Shown piece by piece: positions 18,047 through 26,978 of a stretch of 64,000 bases of DNA. Where the stretch lies: contig JBAQDI010000049.1 of assembly GCA_049294655.1 (NCBI GenBank), forward strand, positions 7,347 to 71,346, in the 5' to 3' direction. Positions within the stretch are counted from its first letter, which is position 1. Each line of letters begins with the position of its first letter. The notes beneath the pieces are model-generated. The model was not told where the DNA came from, ran no database searches, and was given only the letters and a program-made list of their open reading frames with translations. Source of the DNA: Azonexus sp. Its GTDB lineage: Bacteria; Pseudomonadota; Gammaproteobacteria; Burkholderiales; Rhodocyclaceae. The translations under genes were made by a program, and so were the position numbers.

Positions 18047-20755
18047 TTGCCAATGACCGCCATGCAGCGCGAAACCCCCGACACGCCGCCATTGGCTAAA
18101 AGCTTCGCCGAGCTCTGGCGCAGCATCGCAATCATCGCCCTCGGCCTGGTGACGCTGGCCACCTATATCGGGCTGGGCCTGATCGGCCTCAAGCAATCCT
18201 ACGAACGCGAAGTCGAATTCGCCCGGCACAGCCAGGAAAACCTGGTCAAGGTCCTGGAAAGCCACGCCCGCAGCACCGTAGACAAGATCGACACGGTGCT
18301 CACAGCCAGCCAGTTGCGGCTCAACGGGAGCCTGGGTGAAGGCAGCACGGATGGTGGCGCGACCAATGCCACCCTGGCGCGCTATCTGGCGCTGATCAAG
18401 GAATCGCAGAGCCTGCGCATTGTCGACCGGCAGGGGCGCTTCATCCACGATGCCTCGGGCGAGATACCGGGGACCAATGTCGGTGACCGACCCTATTTCC
18501 TGCGCAACAAGAACGACAGCAGCGGCCGCCTGGTCATTTCCGCCCCGCTTTTCGCCCGCATCACCAGCAACTGGGTGATTACGCTGAGCCGGCGCATCAA
18601 CGACCGGCACGGCGAATTTGCCGGCCTCGTTCAGGCCGCCGTGCGCGCCGAGTACTTCGAGGCTTTCTACGCCGGCCTCAATCTCGGCGAGAATCACAGC
18701 ATCACGCTGATCGACGACCAGCTGCGCCTGATCGCCCGCTACCCGGCCGCCCCAGACAAACTCGGCAAGCCCATCGAGAGCCCCACCCTGTACGGCCTGA
18801 TCAACGGCGGCACTGGTCAGGGCGGGCTGTATACCGCCGAATCCGGTGTCGATGGGGTCGAGCGCCTGTACGCGCTGCGCAAAGTCGGCGACTACCCGCT
18901 CTACGTGCTGGTCGGGCACAGCACCAAAGACTATCTCGCCAACTGGCACCAGCAGGTCAAGTGGGGCGCTGTCAGCTCATTGATCCTGAGCCTCGTCCTG
19001 GCGGGCTGGATCGCCGTCTGGCTGCGCACCTACGGCAATGCCCGGCGCCTCGCCCAGGGCATGACCCGGGCCTACGAAACGACCATGCAGCGCACCCGCG
19101 CCCTGCTCGACAGCCTGCCCGACCCGGCCTGGCTGAGCGATCGCCAGCAGCGCATGATCGCCGTCAACGAAGCCTATTGCGAAGTCAGCGGGCGCAGTAA
19201 AACGGAGATTCTCGGCCATACGGCCGAGGAAATCTGGCCGCAGGAAGCCGGCATCGCCCTCCAGGCGCAGGATGCCGAGGCCATGCACCGGCGCTGCCAG
19301 CAGCGCCGGGAAGGCAACCAGCAGGTCGCCGCCGGCGGCCGCCGCCACTTCGAGTACATCTCGACCCCGGTGCTCGACGAGGCTGGCGAGCTGGCCGGGG
19401 TGGCCGGCGTCGCCCGCGACATCACGCAACTCCATGAAAATCAGGAACGCATCCGCTACCTGGCCGAACACGACATCCTGACCAACCTGCCCAACCGCGC
19501 CATGCTCGGCAACAGCATGGCCCTGGCCCTGGCCGATGTGCTCGGCGAACAGGCGCAACTCGCCCTGCTGTTCCTCGACCTCGACCACTTCAAATTCGTC
19601 AACGACACGCTCGGCCACGACACCGGCGACCAGTTGCTGCTGCAGGTTGCCCAGCGCATGCGCGACTGCCTCGACGAACGCGACACGATCAGCCGCCAGG
19701 GCGGCGACGAGTTCGCCGTGCTGCTGCAGGGTTTTCACAATCTGTCGCGCGTCGCCGTGATCGCCCAGCGCCTGATCAACGCCATCACCCAGCCCTTCCT
19801 CGTCAATGATCATGAACTGCGGGTCGGCGCCAGCATCGGCATCAGCATTTATCCGCAGGACGGGCGCGACATCGTCAGCCTGCTGAAAAATGCCGATACT
19901 GCGATGTACCAGGCCAAGGCGGCCGGCGGCAACGCCTACCGCTTCTTCACGCCGGAAATGAATGCCCGCATCTCCGAGCGCGTCACCCTCGAAAACAGCC
20001 TGCGCCGGGCCATCGCCAGCCACGAGTTCATCCTGTACTACCAGCCGCAGGTCGATGGCGCCAGCGGCCGGCTGATCGGCCTGGAAGCGCTGATCCGCTG
20101 GCAGCACCCGGAACAGGGCGAAATCCCGCCCGGCCGCTTCATTCCGGTGGCCGAAGAAAGCAACCTGATCAACGTCATCGGCGAATGGGTCCTGCTCGAG
20201 GCGTGTCGCCAGAATGCAGCCTGGATCAAGCAAGGCATCGAACCGGTGGTCGTCGCCGTCAACCTGTCGGCCGTCCAGTTGCTGCAGCCCAACCTGGCCG
20301 AGCAGGTCGCCGGCGTGCTGGCCGAAACCGGCCTGGAACCCTGCTGGCTCGAACTCGAAATCACCGAAAGTGCCTTCATCCGCGACACCGAACGCATCAT
20401 CGAAACCCTGGCCCGCCTGAAAAAGCTCGGCGTCAAGCTGTCGGTGGACGACTTCGGTACCGGCTATTCCAGCCTCGGCTACCTCAAACGTCTGCCCTTC
20501 GACCGCATCAAGATCGACCAGTCCTTCGTCCGCGACCTGCCGCACAACGAAGACGACATCGCCATCACCCGCGCCATCGTCGGCATTGCCGAGAGCCTGC
20601 ACAAGGAAGTCATCGCCGAAGGCGTCGAGCTGGAAGAACAGCGCCAGTTCCTGCTCGCTGAAGGTTGCCTGCTGATGCAGGGCTACCATTTCGGGCGACC
20701 GATGCCGGCCGCTGACATCGAAAACCTGTTGTGCCGGAACACCGTGCTGAGCTGA
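18047..20755 (+). CDS. Membrane sensor (Cache-like)-PAS-GGDEF-EAL protein
   Basis: Two TM segments around a periplasmic domain, a PAS region, an intact GGDEF (SRQGGDEFAVLL), and EAL motifs (EALIRW, DDFGTGYSSL, KIDQSFV). Confidence 0.9.
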   Translation: MPMTAMQRETPDTPPLAKSFAELWRSIAIIALGLVTLATYIGLGLIGLKQSYEREVEFARHSQENLVKVLESHARSTVDKIDTVLTASQLRLNGSLGEGSTDGGATNATLARYLALIKESQSLRIVDRQGRFIHDASGEIPGTNVGDRPYFLRNKNDSSGRLVISAPLFARITSNWVITLSRRINDRHGEFAGLVQAAVRAEYFEAFYAGLNLGENHSITLIDDQLRLIARYPAAPDKLGKPIESPTLYGLINGGTGQGGLYTAESGVDGVERLYALRKVGDYPLYVLVGHSTKDYLANWHQQVKWGAVSSLILSLVLAGWIAVWLRTYGNARRLAQGMTRAYETTMQRTRALLDSLPDPAWLSDRQQRMIAVNEAYCEVSGRSKTEILGHTAEEIWPQEAGIALQAQDAEAMHRRCQQRREGNQQVAAGGRRHFEYISTPVLDEAGELAGVAGVARDITQLHENQERIRYLAEHDILTNLPNRAMLGNSMALALADVLGEQAQLALLFLDLDHFKFVNDTLGHDTGDQLLLQVAQRMRDCLDERDTISRQGGDEFAVLLQGFHNLSRVAVIAQRLINAITQPFLVNDHELRVGASIGISIYPQDGRDIVSLLKNADTAMYQAKAAGGNAYRFFTPEMNARISERVTLENSLRRAIASHEFILYYQPQVDGASGRLIGLEALIRWQHPEQGEIPPGRFIPVAEESNLINVIGEWVLLEACRQNAAWIKQGIEPVVVAVNLSAVQLLQPNLAEQVAGVLAETGLEPCWLELEITESAFIRDTERIIETLARLKKLGVKLSVDDFGTGYSSLGYLKRLPFDRIKIDQSFVRDLPHNEDDIAITRAIVGIAESLHKEVIAEGVELEEQRQFLLAEGCLLMQGYHFGRPMPAADIENLLCRNTVLS

Positions 20756-20757
20756 CC

Positions 20758-20787
20758 AAAATTGACGAAGTTTGACCAAGTTTGACC
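20758..20787. repeat. Three tandem 10-bp units AAAATTGACG/AAGTTTGACC/AAGTTTGACC
   Basis: Read directly between the GGDEF-EAL stop and the ybaL-like start. Each unit contains a TTGAC core. Confidence 0.7.
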
Positions 20788-20884
20788 GTCCGGTTTGCCG
20801 GCCCGAAAGCGGGCTAGGATAGAGGCCGCCGTCGCTCGCCGCCGACGCCTTCCACCCAGCCTCACGCAGGGAACCCGCCCCGGC

Positions 20885-22588
20885 ATGGAACACGATATTT
20901 CCCTGATCACTACCCTGGCCGCTGGCTTCGGCGTGGCGCTGATCCTCGGCTTCATGGCCGAACGCATCAAGCTGCCGGCCCTGGTCGGCTACCTGGTCGC
21001 CGGCATCATCATCGGCCCGGCCACACCCGGCTTCGTCGCCGATATCCACACCGCCTCGCAACTCGCGGAAGTCGGCGTCATGCTGCTGATGTTCGGCGTC
21101 GGCCTGCATTTTTCCCTCGACGACCTGCTTGCCGTGAAGCGTATCGCGCTGCCCGGCGCCGTCGTCCAGATGGGCCTGGCCACGCTGCTCGGCATGGGCA
21201 TCGCCTGGAGCTGGGGCTGGAGTCTCGGGGCCGGGCTGATCTTCGGCCTGTCGCTGTCCTGCGCCAGCACCGTTGTCCTGCTCAAGGCGCTCGAAGCACG
21301 CGGCATCCTCGATTCGATGAACGGGCGCATCGCGGTCGGCTGGCTGGTCGTCGAAGATCTCGCCACCGTCCTCATCCTCGTCCTGCTGCCGCCGCTGGCC
21401 GGCGTGCTCGGCGGCGATACCGGGGTGAGCGATGGCACGCCGCTCTGGCAAACCATCGGCCTGACGCTGCTGCGGGTTTCTGCCTTCATCGCCCTGATGC
21501 TCGTCGTCGGCCGTCGCGCCCTGCCCTGGCTGCTCTGGCAGGTAGCGCGCACCGGTTCGCGCGAATTGTTCACGCTGGCCGTGATTGCCGTCGCCATCGG
21601 CATTGCCTACGGCGCTTCGGCACTCTTCCATGTTTCCTTCGCGCTCGGCGCCTTCTTTGCCGGCATGGTCATGCGCGAATCGGAATTCAGTCACCGCGCC
21701 GCCGAGGAATCGCTGCCGCTGCGCGACGCCTTCTCGGTGCTTTTCTTCGTCTCGGTCGGCATGCTCTTCGTGCCCAGCGTGCTGATCGAGCAGCCGCTGC
21801 AGGTGCTGGCGGTCGTCGCCATCATCGTGATCGGCAAGTCGCTGGCCGCCATGGTCCTGGTCCTGGCCTTCCGCTACCCGCTCAACACGGCGCTGACGGT
21901 CGCCGCCAGCCTGGCGCAGATCGGCGAGTTCTCCTTCATCCTGGCGGCCCTAGGCATTTCACTGAAACTGATGCCGGCCGAGGGCATGAGCCTGATCCTG
22001 GCCGGTGCGCTGATTTCGATCGCCGTCAATCCGCTCGTCTTTGCCGTCGTCAAGCCGCTCGGTCAGTGGATCGTGGCCCGCTCGGCCGTGGCCCGCCGCC
22101 TGGAAAGCCGCGACGATCCCTACGCCGAACTGCCGACCAGCACGGAAGGCAAATACCTCGAGGGTCAGGTCGTGCTGATCGGTTTTGGCCGGGTCGGCGG
22201 GCGCATCGCCGCCAGTCTCGACGAGCGCGGCATTCCTTACGTCGTCGTCGAACAGAACCGGGAACAGGTCGAAGGACTGCGCCAGCAGGGTTACGCTGCG
22301 GTTTCCGGCAATGCCGCCGAACCGGCCGTGCTGATCCAGGCGCATATCTCGCACGCCGCAATGCTCGTCGTCGCCGCCCCCGACACCCTCAACATCCGGC
22401 AGATGGTGGACACGGCCCGCACGCTGAACCCGGGTATAGAGATCGTGCTGCGCACGCACAGCGAAGAGGAATCACGGATCCTGCGCAACGAAAACCTGGG
22501 CACCGTTTTCTTTGGCGAGGAAGAGCTGGCCAGGGGCATGAGCCAGCATGTCCTGCAGCGCTTTACCGCCCCGTCCCGGCCCGGCTGA
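20885..22588 (+). CDS. ybaL: YbaL-family CPA2 monovalent cation:proton antiporter with C-terminal TrkA-N (RCK) domain
   Basis: MEHDISLITTLAAGFGVALILGFMAERIKLPALVGYLVAGIIIGP is typical of the Kef/YbaL N-terminus. C-terminal Rossmann VVLIGFGRVGGRIA. The internal ATG at 20885 is preferred. Confidence 0.75.
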   Translation: MEHDISLITTLAAGFGVALILGFMAERIKLPALVGYLVAGIIIGPATPGFVADIHTASQLAEVGVMLLMFGVGLHFSLDDLLAVKRIALPGAVVQMGLATLLGMGIAWSWGWSLGAGLIFGLSLSCASTVVLLKALEARGILDSMNGRIAVGWLVVEDLATVLILVLLPPLAGVLGGDTGVSDGTPLWQTIGLTLLRVSAFIALMLVVGRRALPWLLWQVARTGSRELFTLAVIAVAIGIAYGASALFHVSFALGAFFAGMVMRESEFSHRAAEESLPLRDAFSVLFFVSVGMLFVPSVLIEQPLQVLAVVAIIVIGKSLAAMVLVLAFRYPLNTALTVAASLAQIGEFSFILAALGISLKLMPAEGMSLILAGALISIAVNPLVFAVVKPLGQWIVARSAVARRLESRDDPYAELPTSTEGKYLEGQVVLIGFGRVGGRIAASLDERGIPYVVVEQNREQVEGLRQQGYAAVSGNAAEPAVLIQAHISHAAMLVVAAPDTLNIRQMVDTARTLNPGIEIVLRTHSEEESRILRNENLGTVFFGEEELARGMSQHVLQRFTAPSRPG

Positions 22589-22606
22589 GCGCCAGCCGGG
22601 CAGGAA

Positions 22607-24046
22607 TCACTGGGCCGGCTCCTGGCGCAACTGGCGATGCACGCTGCCGATATCCGGGTTGCCGGGCAAGACCTTGCCGTTGATCTCGAGCACCGGCAGG
22701 TCGATTCTGGCGTCACCGCCGCCATTGCCGGCAATGATCGAATGCAGGCGCTCGGCCGCCTGTTCGTTGCTATCCACGGCATACACCGTGTAGCGCAGGT
22801 GATTGGCGTCGAGCCAGGCCCGCATCCGCGTGCAATCGGTGCAGGCGGCCGTCAGATAGATGTCGATACGGTTGTTGCTGGCGTAATGCACTGTCGCCCG
22901 GGCCTCTGCCACATCCGGCTCATCTTCGTCGTCAGCGCCGGCCTCGGCCGCCATCGCCTTGCTCTGACCGACGCTCACGGCGTCCACGAACCTCAGGGCT
23001 TTTTCCGGACTCTGGCTGATGCTTCGGTAGGTCAGGCCGGAAACGAGCAGCACCGCGACCAGCGAAGCGATCGCCCGGATACCGCCGGAATCGGCCGCCG
23101 GCAGGCCATGCTCGTTCTCTTGATCGTCGCCCCAGATGAAGAGCAGGACGAGCATCATCACGAAACCAAGGAAGGGGACCAGGGCGACCAGCGACAACCA
23201 GCCGGTGCGCCCGGTATCGTGCAGGCGCAGGGCCAGGCAGCGCAGGTAATAAATCGACGACAGGAACAGGCCCAGCCAGGCAAAAGTCATCTTGCCGCTG
23301 GCCGCCGCCAGCAAGGTCAAGAGCAGCCAGACCAGGCAACTGAGCAGGGTCCCGGCCAGATAATCGAGGCAACCCAGCCGGCCGGCAAAGCCCAGGCTGA
23401 GCAGGCCGGCTTGCCATTCGTCGCCATCCTTGCGCAGCGGACCGGGCGCCGCACGCCGCGCCATGATCTCGGCCGCCCGGGCATCCCGGGCCTCGCTTTC
23501 AGCTTCGGCCCGGGCTGCCAGATAACGCGGCATGTCGGTCCCGCACTGCCGGCAAAGGGTACGTTTGGGCTGGCCTTCGCCGCATTTTGGACAATGCATT
23601 TCGGCCGTCGGATCGGTCGCAAGATCGGCGGCAGTATCGGTGGCAACCAGCGCCAGCGCCGCCGGCTCCGGACGGCTGGCGGGAGCAGCGGGCGGCTTTG
23701 CGGCAAGTGGCGGAGCGACCGCTGGTACGACAACGGGCGGCGCGGTCAGCGCAAACAATTCATCGCTGGGGGCCGGGCCGGGCGGCGGCGCAACGGCAGC
23801 CGGCGCGGCAGGCGCGGCCAGTGGTTCAAGATGGGCCTCGAGATCGAGGGCCTGCAGCCGGGCCAGCAACTTGTCGGCCTTTTCCGGCGAGGCCTGGCGG
23901 GAGACGACGACGGCCTTGCCGCTGAACATCTGCTCGAGCTGCTCGCCTTCCAGCCGAAAGACCCGGCCGGCCTCGGCCTTGACCGTTTCGAGCGGCGCCC
24001 CCGAGAGGGTCCGCCCGGAAATGATCACCTTGAATTGTTGCGTCAT
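22607..24046 (-). CDS. Multidomain membrane protein: N-terminal ~75-aa soluble domain, Pro/Ala linker, zinc ribbon, DUF805-like TM core, C-terminal glutaredoxin-like CxxC domain
   Basis: CPKCGEGQPKRTLCRQCG zinc ribbon. DUF805-like LRLHDTGRTGWLSLVALVPFLGFVMMLVLLF. C-terminal IYLTAACTDCTRMRAWLD...LPVLEINGKVL is thioredoxin-fold like. Start taken at MTQQFK. Confidence 0.6.
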   Translation of the reverse strand: MTQQFKVIISGRTLSGAPLETVKAEAGRVFRLEGEQLEQMFSGKAVVVSRQASPEKADKLLARLQALDLEAHLEPLAAPAAPAAVAPPPGPAPSDELFALTAPPVVVPAVAPPLAAKPPAAPASRPEPAALALVATDTAADLATDPTAEMHCPKCGEGQPKRTLCRQCGTDMPRYLAARAEAESEARDARAAEIMARRAAPGPLRKDGDEWQAGLLSLGFAGRLGCLDYLAGTLLSCLVWLLLTLLAAASGKMTFAWLGLFLSSIYYLRCLALRLHDTGRTGWLSLVALVPFLGFVMMLVLLFIWGDDQENEHGLPAADSGGIRAIASLVAVLLVSGLTYRSISQSPEKALRFVDAVSVGQSKAMAAEAGADDEDEPDVAEARATVHYASNNRIDIYLTAACTDCTRMRAWLDANHLRYTVYAVDSNEQAAERLHSIIAGNGGGDARIDLPVLEINGKVLPGNPDIGSVHRQLRQEPAQ

Positions 24047-24163
24047 GATTCTTCCGGAATATCCGACAAGCTTGGCATTTTGCCCGGATTCGCCAGCCTT
24101 GACCAACCCCGTGCATGACCAACGTATAATCGATCGCCATTACTCTGCCCCGCCCCGACCCGC

Positions 24164-25609
24164 ATGCTGATTCTTCCGCTTCCGGCCCGCCCCGACTGGG
24201 CCCGCCCGCCACTGGCCACACTGGCGATCATGCTGCTCTGCCTGATCGCCTTCTTCATGCAGGGCACCGACGAGCAGCGCTATGCCAAGGCCTGGCAGTT
24301 CTACCAGCAGTCGGGCACCGCCAAACAGGAGGCGGCGGCTTACCTGGCCGATCTGGAAAGCCGCCAGGAGACGCTCAAGGACAAGGAGAAGGCCAACCTG
24401 CAACGGCGCCGGATCGCCGCCGGCAAGATCGATGCGGCCTACCGGGCGATGGAAGATGACCGCGATTTCATGCGCCGTTTGCGCAGTAATCAGGTCATCC
24501 GCCCGGACACCCCCGAGTATTCGCTATGGCGCGGCAACCGCACGCATTTCGAGAACCTGCGGGCCCGCGTGGTCACCGAGAATTACGCCCTGGAAGGCCA
24601 GAACCCGCGGCTGGTCACGCTGTTCACCCACATGTTCCTGCACGCCGACGTCATGCACCTGGCCGGCAACATGGCCGTGCTCTTCGTCGTCGGCTACACC
24701 GTCGAGGCCGCCCTCGGCCCGCTCGGCTTTGTCGCCCTCTACCTGCTCGGCGGCCTCGGCGCCGCGCTGCCGGACGTCATGCAGACCACCAGCGCCTACC
24801 GTCTGTCACTCGGCGCCTCGGGCGCCATTTCGGCGGTCATGGCGGCCTATCTGGTGCTCTTTGGCCGGCGCCGGATCAATTTCTTCTACTGGCTGTTCTT
24901 CTTTTTCGGCACGGTGCGCTGGCCGGCCCTGGTCATCCTGCCGGTCTGGCTGGCCAATGAACTGCTGCAGCGCTTCGTTCTCGACCAGGACGGCAACACC
25001 AATTACCTCGCCCATTTCGCCGGCTTTGTCAGCGGCGCCCTGCTCATTGGCGCCTATCGCTGGAAGAACAAGGGGCGCAGCGCCAGCATGGTGCATCATC
25101 AGGACAGCGCCCAGGCCATCGCCGAAATCCGTCAGCAGGCGGAAAAACTCGTCGCCGACATGCAATTCGGGCCCGCTGCCCTGCAGTACCGGAAACTGTT
25201 CGCCGAACACCATCTGCGCGACACGGCAAGCGCCGAGGAATACCTGCGCATCGCCGGCCTTGCCCGGCAGCCCGAATTGCTGGCCGATGCCAACCGCTGC
25301 CTGCTCAAAGCCGCGGCCAGCGACAGCAAAAGCATCGCCCCGGCCCGCCTGGCCGAAGCGCTCGCCGCCGGCCCGGGCACGACGCCGCGCCTGTCACCGG
25401 CCGAGTGGGAAAGCTTCATCGTCCGCCTGATCGACGGCCGCCAGCTGGAGGCCGCCGAAGGCCTGGTCCTGCGCCTTTTCGCCCGGACCGAAAGCCGCGC
25501 CGCCAGCCAACGCCAGGCCAGACGACTGGCCGATGCCTACGCGGCGGCAGGCCAGCCCGAACGAGCCGCACCGCTCCAGCGCCTGCTGGCCAGCCAGATT
25601 AGCTGCTAG
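24164..25609 (+). CDS. Rhomboid family intramembrane serine protease with helical C-terminal extension
   Basis: HMFLHADVMHLAGNM and GASGAISAVMAAY (GxSG catalytic Ser), with a downstream AHFAGF His. 481 aa. Confidence 0.8.
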   Translation: MLILPLPARPDWARPPLATLAIMLLCLIAFFMQGTDEQRYAKAWQFYQQSGTAKQEAAAYLADLESRQETLKDKEKANLQRRRIAAGKIDAAYRAMEDDRDFMRRLRSNQVIRPDTPEYSLWRGNRTHFENLRARVVTENYALEGQNPRLVTLFTHMFLHADVMHLAGNMAVLFVVGYTVEAALGPLGFVALYLLGGLGAALPDVMQTTSAYRLSLGASGAISAVMAAYLVLFGRRRINFFYWLFFFFGTVRWPALVILPVWLANELLQRFVLDQDGNTNYLAHFAGFVSGALLIGAYRWKNKGRSASMVHHQDSAQAIAEIRQQAEKLVADMQFGPAALQYRKLFAEHHLRDTASAEEYLRIAGLARQPELLADANRCLLKAAASDSKSIAPARLAEALAAGPGTTPRLSPAEWESFIVRLIDGRQLEAAEGLVLRLFARTESRAASQRQARRLADAYAAAGQPERAAPLQRLLASQISC

Positions 25610-25683
25610 CTGCTAGCTGCTAGCTGGTAGCTGGTAGCTGGATCCTCGATCCTCGATCCTCGATCCTCGATCCTCGATCCTAA
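25600..25683. repeat. Heptanucleotide tandem array: (TAGCTGC)x3 (TAGCTGG)x3 (ATCCTCG)x5 ATCCTAA
   Basis: Read directly: 12 consecutive 7-bp units. The second unit supplies the rhomboid stop codon (25607-25609). Contains 3 CTAG and 6 GATC sites at 7-bp spacing. Confidence 0.95.
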
Positions 25684-25708
25684 CTGGCCAGGCGCGGTGT
25701 AACCCCGC

Positions 25709-26860
25709 TTACCAGCCGAGCCGGACGGGCAAGGTCTTGTCCTGGCGCTGCCAACTGCCGCTCAGGCCGGCGGCGTCCTGGCTCAGCGTAAAGCTGCCGG
25801 CCTCGCCTTGCGCCGCCTCCTCCGTGAATTCGAGACGCTTGCCGGTCTTCTTGCCGGAGAAAGGAATCGGTTTGCGGTACTTGTCGTAGTAATACAAGCC
25901 GGAAAAGGAGTTGTCATCGTTGAGCGGGTTGATGCGCAGGGTGATCGGTGCCGAACCGACCTTGCCGTGCAGGACCTGTCCATGAAGCGCGACCGGCGCC
26001 GCGGCATCGCCTTCGCCGGTCAGCAGATAGCGGCCGTAGGGTTGCAGCAGGGCAGCGAGATCTTTCAGCCCCAGGGTCAAAGTGACCTCGCCGACATCGT
26101 CGAGCGCCCGGCTGGCATGGTTGCTGCAGCGCTCGGCGGTGAACTCGAGGCCCTGGCCGGTCAGGACAAAACGCGTCGAACGCAGGGCATTGCGCAGGGC
26201 GGCGTCACCCGGCATTTCCTGAAACGGGGTCAGACAGTCTTCATTGAGGGCAATTCGAAATTCGGTGTCCTCAATATCGTCCTTTTTCCGCTTTCCGGTC
26301 TTGTGCGCCTGGGCCAGTTCACGCCGCAAGTTCCGGATCTGTTGTCGGTACTGGCGTTTGCGTTCGGCGAAGAAGCGCCGCCCGATTTCGCTCAGGCCGT
26401 GCGACGTCAGGATATCGTCGATGAGCAGGAACCGGCCGGTCTGCGCGTCGAAACTGAAGTATTGCCGGAATTCCTCGCAATAGGCGCCACAGCCTTCGGT
26501 ATTGATTTCCAGCGCGAGAACGCGCCCGTCGTTATGCCGGACACTGAAATCAAGGGATGCCGTTCCGTCCGGCGGCATGACGCCCTCGCCCAATGCAAAA
26601 CTCTTGCCGGCTTCACGTGGTGCCGGCATGTTGAGCTGGCTCAGGAACATGACTTCGTTGATGCGGGCCGCGGCAGGTGAGGCGGGAAGCACGTAGGGCA
26701 GCTTGATGGCGCCTTCAGCCCATTGGCTGGACGTCCAGGAACTCGTTGCGGCGTGTTTGTCGGCTTTCCATTGCATCTGCGTACTGGTGATCTGCAGGGG
26801 TTCGGCGAGCAGCTCGAGGGCGGGCAACAGCAACAGGGATAAAAGGGCTAGGCGGCGCAT
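25709..26860 (-). CDS. Hypothetical secreted protein
   Basis: Start trimmed to MRRLALLSLLLLPALELLAEP, a signal-peptide-like sequence. No domain recognised. Confidence 0.5.
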   Translation of the reverse strand: MRRLALLSLLLLPALELLAEPLQITSTQMQWKADKHAATSSWTSSQWAEGAIKLPYVLPASPAAARINEVMFLSQLNMPAPREAGKSFALGEGVMPPDGTASLDFSVRHNDGRVLALEINTEGCGAYCEEFRQYFSFDAQTGRFLLIDDILTSHGLSEIGRRFFAERKRQYRQQIRNLRRELAQAHKTGKRKKDDIEDTEFRIALNEDCLTPFQEMPGDAALRNALRSTRFVLTGQGLEFTAERCSNHASRALDDVGEVTLTLGLKDLAALLQPYGRYLLTGEGDAAAPVALHGQVLHGKVGSAPITLRINPLNDDNSFSGLYYYDKYRKPIPFSGKKTGKRLEFTEEAAQGEAGSFTLSQDAAGLSGSWQRQDKTLPVRLGW

Positions 26861-26978
26861 GGTGGCAGAAGTTCCAGAATGGAAAGGTGAGGGCTTTGAT
26901 GCGGTGAAGGCCGGTAATGTATCACTCCGGCATACTTCGAAAGCGCTCGTTTCGAGAAAGAAAATGTCATGAAAGCCG

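Noticed and set aside
18977-21694. 905-aa minus-strand ORF spanning the GGDEF-EAL and ybaL-like genes
   Set aside because: It is antisense to two well-supported genes and crosses their intergenic region. It has low-complexity Gly/Ala/Asp/Gln composition and no recognisable domain.
25600-25683. Heptamer array considered as a CRISPR array
   Set aside because: The units are 7 bp and contiguous, with no unique spacers and no cas genes in the window. It is a simple tandem repeat.
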